IMG/VR virus record: IMGVR_UViG_3300045988_073633
Coordinates: 1-56,177 of that record
Direction: 5' to 3' (one strand)
Source: a virus
DNA: 56,177 nucleotides
Positions 16,934 to 27,497 of this stretch are shown here, piece after piece (positions within the stretch are counted from its first letter, which is position 1; each line of letters begins with the position of its first letter). The notes under the pieces were generated by a model. The model saw only the letters and a list, made by a program, of their open reading frames with translations. It was not told where the DNA came from and made no database searches. The translations under genes were made by a program, and so were the position numbers.

Positions 16934-17431
16934 TTAGTTGTTAAATATCAATCTATTCTGTTTTTTAATCCAAGATCGTTGTTTAATGGTTCTATCCGAA
17001 TCTCCTATTGATTCCAGATTTTTCATCAGTGTTTCATAGTGTTCCTCACATACCGATTTGCCATTCAATGCTTCTTTCCCACATATGTAGCAAAGTCCGT
17101 ACATTGCACGTTCCGATCTTATAATTTCGCTTCTGTTTTTCTCGTTTCTTTTTTTTGCTTTAGTCCTGCAATCTATACAATAACACTTGCTGTTGCTGCA
17201 AATTGGTTTTCCGCAGTCAATACATAACCCTTCTGACTTTCTTTTTTCTCGAAGATTTTTATTATACAATCTTCGATCACTAATTTTATAAGTTCCAACT
17301 CTCCTGCGTCTTTCTTGTGTTGAAATATTCTGTTCTAAACAAACCTCACATCTGACACGATTAGGAGCTGCATTTTCTTTTTTGCATTGCACACATATTC
17401 CAATTGATTTATACCATTCATAATCTGTCAA
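16934..17431 (-). CDS. Multi-zinc-ribbon basic protein (paralogue of 13436..14035)
   Basis: Same CxxC repeat architecture, C-terminal GLCYICG...VCEEHY. Confidence 0.5.
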   Translation of the reverse strand: MTDYEWYKSIGICVQCKKENAAPNRVRCEVCLEQNISTQERRRRVGTYKISDRRLYNKNLREKRKSEGLCIDCGKPICSNSKCYCIDCRTKAKKRNEKNRSEIIRSERAMYGLCYICGKEALNGKSVCEEHYETLMKNLESIGDSDRTIKQRSWIKKQNRLIFNN

Positions 17432-17712
17432 TCTGAATCACCCGATTTCGTATCACCAACAATCTTGATTTTCTTACCACAAAAATTACAGTAAATATCA
17501 TAGTTTGATACACGGCTAAGGCTTATTTTTCCGCAAGAAGTGTAGAAAACCGGCATTCCGTGTGGGGGAATGACATTTTCCCATTCACAATGCTTATTCT
17601 CTTCTTCCTCTGCAATTTCAATGGCAAAATCAAGTATTTGGTCGTATTCTGCATAGTCGTTTTCTTTGTATGCTTTCTGTAAATCTCTTAATTTGTCTGC
17701 AATTACACCCAT
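17428..17712 (-). CDS. Zinc-ribbon protein
   Basis: C-terminal CGK...CNFCGKK. Confidence 0.45.
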   Translation of the reverse strand: MGVIADKLRDLQKAYKENDYAEYDQILDFAIEIAEEEENKHCEWENVIPPHGMPVFYTSCGKISLSRVSNYDIYCNFCGKKIKIVGDTKSGDSD

Positions 17713-17748
17713 TACTCTTCACCCACTTTCAATAAATCCATAAACTTC

Positions 17749-18186
17749 TCATAGCTCTTTGCTCCATCTTGTTTTCATTTCTCTTGGTATATCCTGACCT
17801 TTATTTCTTTCTCCGGTCCAATGCGTGCCTCCTGCAACTCCATCACACCGAAAATTACTCGCTTTAAGACTTGCGCCATTTTCGGATTCGAGAATATATG
17901 TAATTATCTTCTTATAACCCATTTCTTTTGCCACTCTACAGCAAGCTCCATATAGCATTGAACAAGCATTATATGTTCCATCTGTACATAGTCTATTGAT
18001 TTCACAAGTGATTCCATTGTCTAATTTTCTTGAAACAGGTCTGCCACATACAGCAACCCCAACAAGTTTTTCATCATCATATAGACTAAGACAAAACTTA
18101 CACCCAACTGTTGCCTTATGGTGTCTGTGATTTTTATTGATAAAATCACAAGCGCTTGCAAAGGTTATTGGTCTAATTTCCATCAT
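17749..18186 (-). CDS. GNAT-fold-like protein (tentative)
   Basis: Resembles small phage acetyltransferase-fold proteins. The gene is flanked by roughly 45-bp imperfect direct repeats. Confidence 0.35.
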   Translation of the reverse strand: MMEIRPITFASACDFINKNHRHHKATVGCKFCLSLYDDEKLVGVAVCGRPVSRKLDNGITCEINRLCTDGTYNACSMLYGACCRVAKEMGYKKIITYILESENGASLKASNFRCDGVAGGTHWTGERNKGQDIPREMKTRWSKEL

Positions 18187-18787
18187 ATTCACCACCATTC
18201 ATAAGAGACATAAACTTCTCATACTGTTTCTGTGATACCTTGTTGTGCTTCCTATCGTCTCTAATTTCGATTTTAAGGTGCTTTTCAGCGATAGAGGATA
18301 ATTCCCTCGCTAACACCTTTTTGCCTTGCTGTATGCCTTGCATATAGCCTTTAGGTGATTTTCTCTCTCCTATTGAACCACTAGCACGGTTTTCTCCTTG
18401 ACCGCCTAAACTGACATTTCTAAGCTGATAACCTTTATCAGCATATAGCTTGATGTAATACTTCTCTTTTTCGTCAAGCTGACTTTCTTGGAAATTCAGA
18501 AATTCAACTCGCCAGCCATAAGGATTTTTCTCTTTGTCATACAGCTTGTGGCGTTTCAAACTAAGGTCTATATGCTGTTCATAGCCTACAAGGTGGCTTG
18601 CCAATCTGCTAAGTGTATGTACTGCCTGTCCGACATACGCATACTTAAATCCGTTTTCATCTTCTCGGAGTAAGAAGTATATTCCGCTTTTGTCATTCAG
18701 TTTTGGATTCAGTTTCAATAGTCGCTTTTTGTTTTCCTGTTCTATAGCCTTGGCTCTTGCTATATTCTGATAGCTCAATTTTTCCAC
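18173..18787 (-). CDS. GIY-YIG nuclease (homing-endonuclease-like)
   Basis: GIYFLL...YVGQA...EKYYI motifs. Its 5' end overlaps the upstream ORF by about 95 nt. Confidence 0.6.
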   Translation of the reverse strand: MEKLSYQNIARAKAIEQENKKRLLKLNPKLNDKSGIYFLLREDENGFKYAYVGQAVHTLSRLASHLVGYEQHIDLSLKRHKLYDKEKNPYGWRVEFLNFQESQLDEKEKYYIKLYADKGYQLRNVSLGGQGENRASGSIGERKSPKGYMQGIQQGKKVLARELSSIAEKHLKIEIRDDRKHNKVSQKQYEKFMSLMNGGEYDGN

Positions 18788-19046
18788 CTGCCTTTACTAT
18801 CTCGATTGATCGTTCTGCCATTCTTTTTTGAGTGCAATCACAACAGTGGATATCTTCGACAGGACAATTATCAAAGTCACACGCATCAAGTTCTCGCAGT
18901 TCTTCCAACTGCTCCACAACCGCATCCACATCATAGGCGGTCGGCATATTATTAACCACTTTTCTTATCGCATCATAATCTTCCATACTCGAAAGCATTC
19001 CACTTAAGTTATCTAAAAGTACACCAGGATCAATCAGTCTTCCCAT
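18693..19046 (-). CDS. Hypothetical protein
   Basis: ORF track. The C-terminal tail overlaps the GIY-YIG gene. Confidence 0.45.
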   Translation of the reverse strand: MGRLIDPGVLLDNLSGMLSSMEDYDAIRKVVNNMPTAYDVDAVVEQLEELRELDACDFDNCPVEDIHCCDCTQKRMAERSIEIVKAGGKIELSEYSKSQGYRTGKQKATIETESKTE

Positions 19047-19230
19047 CGTTCGTCCTCCTGTTCCATTCTTTCATTACCTCGTCTAAATTATGTCCTGCCG
19101 GATAAGATGCAACCGGAATTGGGCAATCCGGATTGTTACACTTAACCATATACATAGTCCCACCGCTTTTCCATTGTTCGATTATAGGTTTTCTTCCGCA
19201 AAACGGGCACGGTTTCAGTTTTTCGCTCAT
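19030..19230 (-). CDS. Lar-like restriction-alleviation zinc-ribbon protein
   Basis: The pattern LKPCPFCG...VKCNNPDC...WNRR. Confidence 0.5.
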   Translation of the reverse strand: MSEKLKPCPFCGRKPIIEQWKSGGTMYMVKCNNPDCPIPVASYPAGHNLDEVMKEWNRRTNDGKTD

Positions 19231-19577
19231 TCTTCATCACTCCAATCTAAATGTTGACCGCAGCCATCGCAATAATCTAGTCGATAGTCGATAAAACTAT
19301 CGCCTGTCTCTGTCTTTGCACTCTCACCACAGTAAGGGCATTTGTAGCTCTGTTTTCCGTCCTTGACTACTTTCTTCGGTATCTGCTTTTCAAGTGCCTG
19401 TATTGCAATCTCTATACTTTTGATATGTTCTCCAGTATTACCTTGTGCATAACATAAATCACAGTTGTCGCATAATTTCTCGTTACAATCTTCACAAATG
19501 CCTTTTACTTGTAATCTTTGGCATTTAAGATATGCTCTTAATTTTTCTAATGCTTCATTTTCTGCCACTTCTTTCAC
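19227..19577 (-). CDS. Zinc-ribbon protein (paralogue of 21397..21696)
   Basis: Shares the AIQALEKQ segment and a C-terminal CxxC..CxxCG..DW. Confidence 0.45.
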   Translation of the reverse strand: MKEVAENEALEKLRAYLKCQRLQVKGICEDCNEKLCDNCDLCYAQGNTGEHIKSIEIAIQALEKQIPKKVVKDGKQSYKCPYCGESAKTETGDSFIDYRLDYCDGCGQHLDWSDEE

Positions 19578-19580
19578 TCC

Positions 19581-20943
<1,363 letters not shown>

Positions 20944-20958
20944 ATCACCTCACATCAA

Positions 20959-21387
20959 TTAAGCAAATGGTAGTTCTTCCTCAGTACCGTCCGGGATAGT
21001 CATAAAACCATCTCCTATGCTGTTTGGTTCTGGTCTAACTGTTGTCGGTCTGTTCTCATTGGCACCATTCTTGCTTTCACAAAATTCATGTCTTTCAACA
21101 ACGCAATCATTAGTGTAGACTTTCTGTCCGTCTTTGTTAGTGTAGTTGCCGGTCTGCCATCTACCCTCAACGATAATCTTAGTTCCTTGGTGTAAATACT
21201 TTTCCGCAAACTCTCCATTCTTGCCAAATGCGATACAGTTAATAAAGTCTGCTGCCTGTTCGCCCTCTTTCTTGAAAGCTCTGTCAACAGCTAACGTGTA
21301 CTTTGCTACTGCTGTTGCGTTTGCTCCTTGTGAATATCTAATCTCCGGATCTCTAGTCAGTCTCCCACATAAAATTATACGATTCAT
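20959..21387 (-). CDS. ssb: Single-stranded DNA-binding protein
   Basis: N-terminus MNRIILCGRLTRDPE, an OB-fold, and an acidic C-terminal tip EEELPFA. Confidence 0.9.
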   Translation of the reverse strand: MNRIILCGRLTRDPEIRYSQGANATAVAKYTLAVDRAFKKEGEQAADFINCIAFGKNGEFAEKYLHQGTKIIVEGRWQTGNYTNKDGQKVYTNDCVVERHEFCESKNGANENRPTTVRPEPNSIGDGFMTIPDGTEEELPFA

Positions 21388-21396
21388 TATTTTTCC

Positions 21397-21696
21397 TCAC
21401 TTTCTAATAACCTCTTGATTGTCAAAAAAACTTCCCCAATCCATCAACTGTCCACACTTCCAGCAATAGCCTCTTTTAATAACATTAACTGCATAATCTG
21501 TTGTAGCATGACACATTGGACACTCCACATTTGCATTATCGTTATCGTCTACTTGTGATATGTGATATGGTCTCTTTGACATCTGCTTTTCAAGTGCCTG
21601 TATTGCCACATCTAAAGCCTCGGCTCTCTTTTGTGGGATAATGCCGCCTCTAGGTCTTATACTGTGTAATTCCTTAATTACTTCACTCTCTGTCAT
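21397..21696 (-). CDS. Zinc-ribbon protein (paralogue of 19227..19577)
   Basis: AIQALEKQ segment; CPMC...CWKCG. Confidence 0.45.
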   Translation of the reverse strand: MTESEVIKELHSIRPRGGIIPQKRAEALDVAIQALEKQMSKRPYHISQVDDNDNANVECPMCHATTDYAVNVIKRGYCWKCGQLMDWGSFFDNQEVIRK

Positions 21697-21706
21697 ATTT
21701 TTTCTC

Positions 21707-21916
21707 CTATTCTGCTTCTGATTGAAGCCATTTTAATAAATCTCCGTAACTATCATGGATTTCCTCTTCTTTCTCTGTATCAAGGTTATAGATTGATTTG
21801 AATGGCTCTTCGTGCCTTTCAATATCGCACATGTTCGTAAGCCATTCCGCCAACTCTTCATCCGACATAATCCTTATTCTGTCTGCATTGGTCTCTTTAT
21901 CTGTCATTTTCTCCAC
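21707..21916 (-). CDS. Acidic hypothetical protein
   Basis: ORF track. Confidence 0.4.
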   Translation of the reverse strand: MEKMTDKETNADRIRIMSDEELAEWLTNMCDIERHEEPFKSIYNLDTEKEEEIHDSYGDLLKWLQSEAE

Positions 21917-22325
21917 CTCTCAATTCATCATAAATCATCTTACTTGCGTAGTTTGTAATTTCTATAGGATTTATTATGTTTTTACACTCAGGACAAATTG
22001 GATATAAATCTTTTCGATAATTACTGTCCATATTTTTAAATACAGCATTTTTTATTCTCCTGTGAAACTCTTTATCTGCCATTTCTGAATACACTTTTAT
22101 TTTTTTAAGTGCTTTTTCCTGATATTCTGTAAATTTATCTTCATAACAGCAAAGCGTTACTAATGCTTCAAAAGCATCTATTACAGCACCACAGTCTGTG
22201 CAAGTTACAATTCTATTTACGACATCAAGCTCATAATGTGGCGGATTGCATTTGCAAAGTTTACTTCTTCCTTTTTCGATTTTCAAAAATTCAAATGAAA
22301 CAATATTGTTGTTAGCCGTTTTCAA
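21897..22325 (-). CDS. Zinc-ribbon hypothetical protein
   Basis: CKC...CTDCG...CPECK. Confidence 0.45.
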   Translation of the reverse strand: MKTANNNIVSFEFLKIEKGRSKLCKCNPPHYELDVVNRIVTCTDCGAVIDAFEALVTLCCYEDKFTEYQEKALKKIKVYSEMADKEFHRRIKNAVFKNMDSNYRKDLYPICPECKNIINPIEITNYASKMIYDELRGGENDR

Positions 22326-22642
22326 TTCTTTCGCCTCTCTTTCAGTTTTGCTTCTGTTTTTTCCTCTGTAGAAAAATACTTGCAGTTTTCTTTGTCGATA
22401 CTTTCAATCTCATATATTGTAAGCTCCCTTATAGGTCTTTTCATAACCGTTGCATACTTAGGATTGTTTATATCTACAATGGAATACACATCTTTACAAG
22501 GTAGAATAACAAGTCTGCCCTGTTCTTCTAAATCCTCATATTCAGCTAATTTTTCCGCAGCTGATACATAATTGTGATTTTTTACCCACACGCCAGATTC
22601 TCCATCTGGAACATTATCAATTCTTTCTGTTAATCTATTCAT
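22322..22642 (-). CDS. Hypothetical protein
   Basis: ORF track. Confidence 0.45.
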   Translation of the reverse strand: MNRLTERIDNVPDGESGVWVKNHNYVSAAEKLAEYEDLEEQGRLVILPCKDVYSIVDINNPKYATVMKRPIRELTIYEIESIDKENCKYFSTEEKTEAKLKERRKN

Positions 22643-22644
22643 TA

Positions 22645-22866
22645 CTACTCCTTTCTACCAAGATGCATCATCCAGTCAATAAAATGTAATATAAAAAATA
22701 ATGGGTCTATCACAAATGCGATTATAAACACCAATGTACAAGCAAAAATGTTGAGGTCTGTACATTCATATATCTGCCTTGGAGTAACTGCAGCATTATC
22801 ATAATCTAAAATGGTTGCAAAAAATATAACGATAATAAATATGATGTAAAAAACTAATATCGACAT
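22645..22866 (-). CDS. Small membrane protein (two TM helices)
   Basis: Hydrophobic segments at both ends. Confidence 0.45.
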   Translation of the reverse strand: MSILVFYIIFIIVIFFATILDYDNAAVTPRQIYECTDLNIFACTLVFIIAFVIDPLFFILHFIDWMMHLGRKE

Positions 22867-22878
22867 TTCTATTCCTTT

Positions 22879-22977
22879 CTACCACACTGGGTAATAGTTT
22901 CCTTTATCATCCACAACCCAATAGCCTGTACTCCAAGTATTAGTTAATGGATCATAGACTTTTCTGCCTTTAATCAT
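22879..22977 (-). CDS. Small hypothetical protein (32 aa)
   Basis: SD GGAGG 8 nt upstream. Fills the gap between ORFs. Confidence 0.3.
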   Translation of the reverse strand: MIKGRKVYDPLTNTWSTGYWVVDDKGNYYPVW

Positions 22978-22981
22978 CTAA

Positions 22982-23470
22982 TCAACCTCCAAGATTAGGC
23001 ATTACGCATTCCCATACATAATCATCATATTTAGTTTCTTTATTCTCTTTTAAGTTGCCGTTTTCGATAAGAACATATCTGCTAAATTCCATACCTCTTT
23101 CAAATGTTTCTATTTTTATATCCACATTGTATGATTTGGATAATTCAATGTATGGTTCACTTTCTACATCCCAAGCCGCTCTAAACTCCACAGCAACACA
23201 GGCATTTCCATCTTTTCTTTTCCAAACGTTTATTTCGTTTGGCTCAACAAAGTTTCTACGAGTACCTTTTATATGTGCAGTTTTTTCGACATATATAGTT
23301 CCATCTTCTCTGTCTATCTTAATGGCTTCTTTGTCAAGTTCTTCTAGCATATCAAATTTTGGTTCTCTAATGATAACTGTTTCCCAAACTTGAAGATTGT
23401 CAGCTAGAAGATTGAATACATCTTCTTGCTTTCCTCTGATTTTTAACATTCCCTCGCACCAGTTCGGCAT
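22982..23470 (-). CDS. Hypothetical protein starting MPNWCEG (DUF1281-like, tentative)
   Basis: Met-17 follows SD AAAGGAGAA and removes the overlap with the upstream ORF. Confidence 0.4.
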   Translation of the reverse strand: MPNWCEGMLKIRGKQEDVFNLLADNLQVWETVIIREPKFDMLEELDKEAIKIDREDGTIYVEKTAHIKGTRRNFVEPNEINVWKRKDGNACVAVEFRAAWDVESEPYIELSKSYNVDIKIETFERGMEFSRYVLIENGNLKENKETKYDDYVWECVMPNLGG

Positions 23471-23495
23471 ATCAATTCTCCTTTCTAAAACGAAT

Positions 23496-23744
23496 TTAGT
23501 GTTCTCCCATGCTACCAAAATCTTTTAATGGATATTCGTGCTTGTGGTTGCGTGCAAATGTTTTTATAAGACATTTTCCATTCGTTGTTCGAAACTCACA
23601 TTCGCTACACCTAAACACAAGGTCTTCATGCCTTTCTACCTCTTTACAGTTCATACACCAATTCTTTGTAAAAATATCAAGCCCATGTACTGCCTCTGTT
23701 GTATTATCTGAATTTCCACTTGTAAAACTAATCAAAACGGACAT
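23496..23744 (-). CDS. Zinc-ribbon hypothetical protein
   Basis: CMNC...CSEC. Confidence 0.4.
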   Translation of the reverse strand: MSVLISFTSGNSDNTTEAVHGLDIFTKNWCMNCKEVERHEDLVFRCSECEFRTTNGKCLIKTFARNHKHEYPLKDFGSMGEH

Positions 23745-24469
23745 TCATCTCCTTTCCTTAAAATACATTCTTTTCCACGCTCTGCAACATCTACATTTGC
23801 TCCATAAGCAACTTTTTTCATCTTCTCGATAAAACTACCGCTATCAGCATTCTCACTTGATAAATGGCACATTATGACGTTCTGCAAGCTATCTGAATGA
23901 TTTGCTTTAACAAAATCACAAGCTGTGTCAATGGATAAGTGGCCTCTGAATACATGATTGGCTTTGCCTGTGTTATCCCTGTCGATTAAATCCTTGTCAT
24001 AATTCACACCTAAGAGAATGTGGTTTATGTCTCTAAACTTCCACTTGACAACCTCACAATCGGTTATGTAAAGCATTCTTCCCATTTCCTTGTGAGTAAT
24101 CAGAAAGCCATATATCGGACAAGGTGTTCCATCTGCGTTAGTGTGTGTCCATCTATTGTCTGTTGTTGTCAATGGGAAATCTTTAACCTCAAATTCTCCG
24201 TATATTTTTGTGTAAAAATGTGGTTCAAATTTTTCATATGGTGCAAATACAGGTATTCCCATTGAATTAAAATCGTTTAATGACTTGCTATGATCTGAAT
24301 GAACGTGGCTGACTATGCAGCCAACCACATTTCTTATGTTCCAATTCAAGCCTTTTTTAATTTCCTTAATTGGGATTCCGCAATCAAGGATAAGTGTTTC
24401 TCCACTGTCGGAAGTTAAGGTGTAGCAGTTCCCTGTACTTCCTGTTGCAATACATTTAAGTTTCATCAA
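23732..24469 (-). CDS. Metallo-beta-lactamase-fold nuclease (probable partner of RecT)
   Basis: HVHSDH motif, located in the recombination module. Confidence 0.7.
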   Translation of the reverse strand: MMKLKCIATGSTGNCYTLTSDSGETLILDCGIPIKEIKKGLNWNIRNVVGCIVSHVHSDHSKSLNDFNSMGIPVFAPYEKFEPHFYTKIYGEFEVKDFPLTTTDNRWTHTNADGTPCPIYGFLITHKEMGRMLYITDCEVVKWKFRDINHILLGVNYDKDLIDRDNTGKANHVFRGHLSIDTACDFVKANHSDSLQNVIMCHLSSENADSGSFIEKMKKVAYGANVDVAERGKECILRKGDECPF

Positions 24470-24773
24470 AATTTCTCCTTATTGCTTTTCGTATCGCACC
24501 GACTTCAAGCCACTTCAATACCGTATTTATCGTATTATTTTTAATCACTTCTATATGTTTTGTTGAGTGATACCACATCACCCATGTCTGTTTTAGTAAT
24601 TCGTCCAGATTTGTTATTTGTTCTCCTTCCTCAAACATCCTTTTTGATTCCAAATATTTTTTGTGCTCAACGATATATTCGCACTTTGAGCATTCTTTGC
24701 CAGAGTAAGACATATAATGTTTTCCTTTGTGCTCCAAAGCACTTGAACAATATCTGCATGGGTTCTGTTTCAT
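24456..24773 (-). CDS. Hypothetical protein
   Basis: ORF track. Confidence 0.45.
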   Translation of the reverse strand: MKQNPCRYCSSALEHKGKHYMSYSGKECSKCEYIVEHKKYLESKRMFEEGEQITNLDELLKQTWVMWYHSTKHIEVIKNNTINTVLKWLEVGAIRKAIRRNFDET

Positions 24774-24776
24774 AAC

Positions 24777-25127
24777 TCACACCTCGATTTCATCATCCTG
24801 TGGGAACTGAAATATAGCATTGCTAAGGCATTCTACTTTTGACGGCTGATTTTCTGTTCGCACCATAATGCCACATTTCTTTAATCTTTCAAATTCCTTT
24901 GCCACATCTTCTGAAATAGCGACATTCTGCATTACGATTGGCATACCGATATATGCTTTTCTCAGCATTTCCATAACCTTATACGATTTCTCTTTGGAAG
25001 AGTACTCTCCTAATAAGTATCTCTCTCCATTGTATAGTGCTATAACGCTCTCCATTGCGTGACACACAACTATCTGTTCATAAGGCAAATCAACATTGCC
25101 ATGTTGTGAAATTACTCTCATGCTCAA
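24777..25127 (-). CDS. Hypothetical protein
   Basis: ORF track. Confidence 0.45.
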   Translation of the reverse strand: MSMRVISQHGNVDLPYEQIVVCHAMESVIALYNGERYLLGEYSSKEKSYKVMEMLRKAYIGMPIVMQNVAISEDVAKEFERLKKCGIMVRTENQPSKVECLSNAIFQFPQDDEIEV

Positions 25128-25131
25128 TCTC

Positions 25132-26040
25132 CTATTCTGCCTGCATAAATGGCGGTAATGTGCTATCTTCTGCCTGTTGCTCGGTTACTTCTGTGGCTGT
25201 ATCTTCGACTACGTCATCAACAATATCGCCCTCAACAAAATCTACGCTGTTAGCATTCTGTTCAATATCGTAATCAACATCAGCCTGCATACGCTCATCA
25301 TAACTAGGCAACTTCTCCTCACTATCGTAATTTCCGTCATAGAAAGAACCATAAGTATTGTTAATCTGCTTTAACAGTCTGTTCTTAACTGTTTTCATAG
25401 CCATCTGGTCTGTGAATTTCTGATGCGTTCCGTTTCCGTTCTCTTTATAGCCATATCCCTGTTTCCAAGCCTGCTTTATCTGTTTGATGTTCATAACCTC
25501 TGTGAGAACACTTCCGTCATCCATAGTGGCTATTGCGTAAGCACCCTTGACCTTATCGTTGTCGATATTCTCAAAGTCCTGCTTATGAGTGACAATACTT
25601 TTCTTGCCATTAACAATTTCATACTCAAATGTATCGCCCTCATAGATAACCTCTGCTGTTATGTCTTTAAGTCCATATCTCCTAGCAATGCAAGTGTTTC
25701 CATACACTGATTTCTGACACTGCAACTTGCCACCATAAGCAACCGGGTAGCACTGCTTCTTCTGCATTGAAAGGCCATTTGTAACCATTTCAACAAGTGC
25801 ATTTTCAATACTTGCCCTTGTGCAACTCTGCAATACTGGCTTCTTGTTCATATCTACTGTTTCCTGTAAAATAAGCATTGCTGACATAAATTCATTTGTG
25901 TAGTTGTAATCTTTAGGAAATGTCAAGCCGAATTTCTCTTTTTGCTTGATTTTCACAACCATTCCCTCTGTAAAGTCCTTTGCTACAAGTTCCCTACTTT
26001 CAGTTTCTTTCTTTTCTGCAACTGCTGTATTCTCTGCCAT
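25132..26040 (-). CDS. recT: RecT-family single-strand annealing protein
   Basis: The CYPVAYGGKLQCQKSVYG...ARRYG core and an acidic C-terminus. Confidence 0.8.
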   Translation of the reverse strand: MAENTAVAEKKETESRELVAKDFTEGMVVKIKQKEKFGLTFPKDYNYTNEFMSAMLILQETVDMNKKPVLQSCTRASIENALVEMVTNGLSMQKKQCYPVAYGGKLQCQKSVYGNTCIARRYGLKDITAEVIYEGDTFEYEIVNGKKSIVTHKQDFENIDNDKVKGAYAIATMDDGSVLTEVMNIKQIKQAWKQGYGYKENGNGTHQKFTDQMAMKTVKNRLLKQINNTYGSFYDGNYDSEEKLPSYDERMQADVDYDIEQNANSVDFVEGDIVDDVVEDTATEVTEQQAEDSTLPPFMQAE

Positions 26041-26042
26041 AA

Positions 26043-26267
26043 TTATTCATCCTCCTTAATACCCAAAATCTTTTTCGCAAGATTCTCAAAATGTTCCATT
26101 GCTTCTTTTTCAATCTCTTCATCAGAAAGAGCAGCTCTTTCTATGCAGCGGTTATAATCTTTTTCACCAAAATGTTTCTTACAATTTCTTAAAATAAAAA
26201 CTAATTCTGCTTCTACTAATGGCTTAGGACCTGCGATTTCTAATTTACCCATATCTGTTTTAATCAT
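26043..26267 (-). CDS. Hypothetical protein
   Basis: ORF track, overlaps the RT stop. Confidence 0.4.
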   Translation of the reverse strand: MIKTDMGKLEIAGPKPLVEAELVFILRNCKKHFGEKDYNRCIERAALSDEEIEKEAMEHFENLAKKILGIKEDE

Positions 26268-27325
26268 AATTTTCTCTCACTTTCTAACAATTTTTTTACA
26301 TATAAATCCATCGAGTAACATAGTTTGATACAATTTCCATGTAACGCATGATTTTTCCATGCATTGTATTTTTCATAGAATTTTTTCTCTGTCATTCTTC
26401 CAGACTTGATAAGTTTCACCCACACCGTAATTTTTTTGCGGATTTTTCTTTTATTTACTCCATTTAACTTCCTTATATACTTTCCATCTTTGGTAACGTA
26501 ATGATGAAAACCTGTAAACAACATTCCGTTCTTGAATGGTATAATCTGTGTTTTACCATTAAGCGACAATCCAAGACTTTGTACGAACTGATTTATGCAA
26601 TCAAGACACCATTTTATATATTCCTTACTTGGTGCTATCAGATAAAAGTCGTCCATATATCTTCCATATAGACTTATCCCTAACTCGCCTGTAATAAAAT
26701 GATCTAAGCCATTTAGCATAAGTAAAGCATAAACCTGTGCCACCTGATTACCGAGTGGCAATCCCAAACCATCTGTACTGTCGATAAATAGGTGATTAAG
26801 CCACTTCGTATAATCATCTGCAAAATAGTAATCAACAATATCTTTCAACACTTCATGATCTATCTGATAGAAAAATTTTGTAATATCACATTTTAGAATC
26901 CAACCATTAAGTCCATGTTCTCTGTAAAATTCAAGCATATGTTCTTTCAAAAAATCAATTCCAAAATGCGTACCTTTTCCTATCTGCCCTGCATAGTTAG
27001 TCTTAATAAACTCATCTGCCAACATTGGATGCAAAATATTGTCGCACAAACAATGTTGAACTACCTTATCTTTGAATGAACACGATTTAATCACTCTTTC
27101 CTTTGGTTCGTAAACCTTAAATTCATTGTACGGATTCATCCGGTATGTCTGATTTTCAAGTTGTTCCTTCAAAATATGTAGCCCTTCAAGATCCATTGTC
27201 TGAAATCTTGCACTGCTGCCATTAAATCCTTTGCCGGCTTTAGCCTTTCTATATGCTTTATACAGATTTTCATAACTGCAAATAATATCTTTATCCAATG
27301 TAAAAGCTCCTTTGTATTTACCCAT
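26264..27325 (-). CDS. DGR-type reverse transcriptase
   Basis: 353 aa. YMDD, LGNQVAQ (DGR-type motif 4) and GKGTHFG motifs. Confidence 0.9.
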   Translation of the reverse strand: MGKYKGAFTLDKDIICSYENLYKAYRKAKAGKGFNGSSARFQTMDLEGLHILKEQLENQTYRMNPYNEFKVYEPKERVIKSCSFKDKVVQHCLCDNILHPMLADEFIKTNYAGQIGKGTHFGIDFLKEHMLEFYREHGLNGWILKCDITKFFYQIDHEVLKDIVDYYFADDYTKWLNHLFIDSTDGLGLPLGNQVAQVYALLMLNGLDHFITGELGISLYGRYMDDFYLIAPSKEYIKWCLDCINQFVQSLGLSLNGKTQIIPFKNGMLFTGFHHYVTKDGKYIRKLNGVNKRKIRKKITVWVKLIKSGRMTEKKFYEKYNAWKNHALHGNCIKLCYSMDLYVKKLLESERKL

Positions 27326-27497
27326 TTAGGAAAGGTCATACACTTTTTTGTATCTTTTACTGATTTCGGCTTATTGCCTACTCTTACTGCCTGTTTGATA
27401 CAGAATGGGCGAACACCGTTGTTGTTATTGCAATTGTTGTTGTTGATATTGCCGGACGGGGCAACAACGGTTTATACAGTGTATAACCTATATGTGT
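27326..27497 (-). ncRNA. DGR template RNA region (TR plus spacer) between avd and RT
   Basis: Non-coding 172 bp containing the TR. Confidence 0.7.
27397..27473 (-). repeat. DGR template repeat (TR)
   Basis: Colinear with both VRs. The coding-sense reading is GNINNNNCNNNNG (AAY codons), with 22 adenines. Confidence 0.9.
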
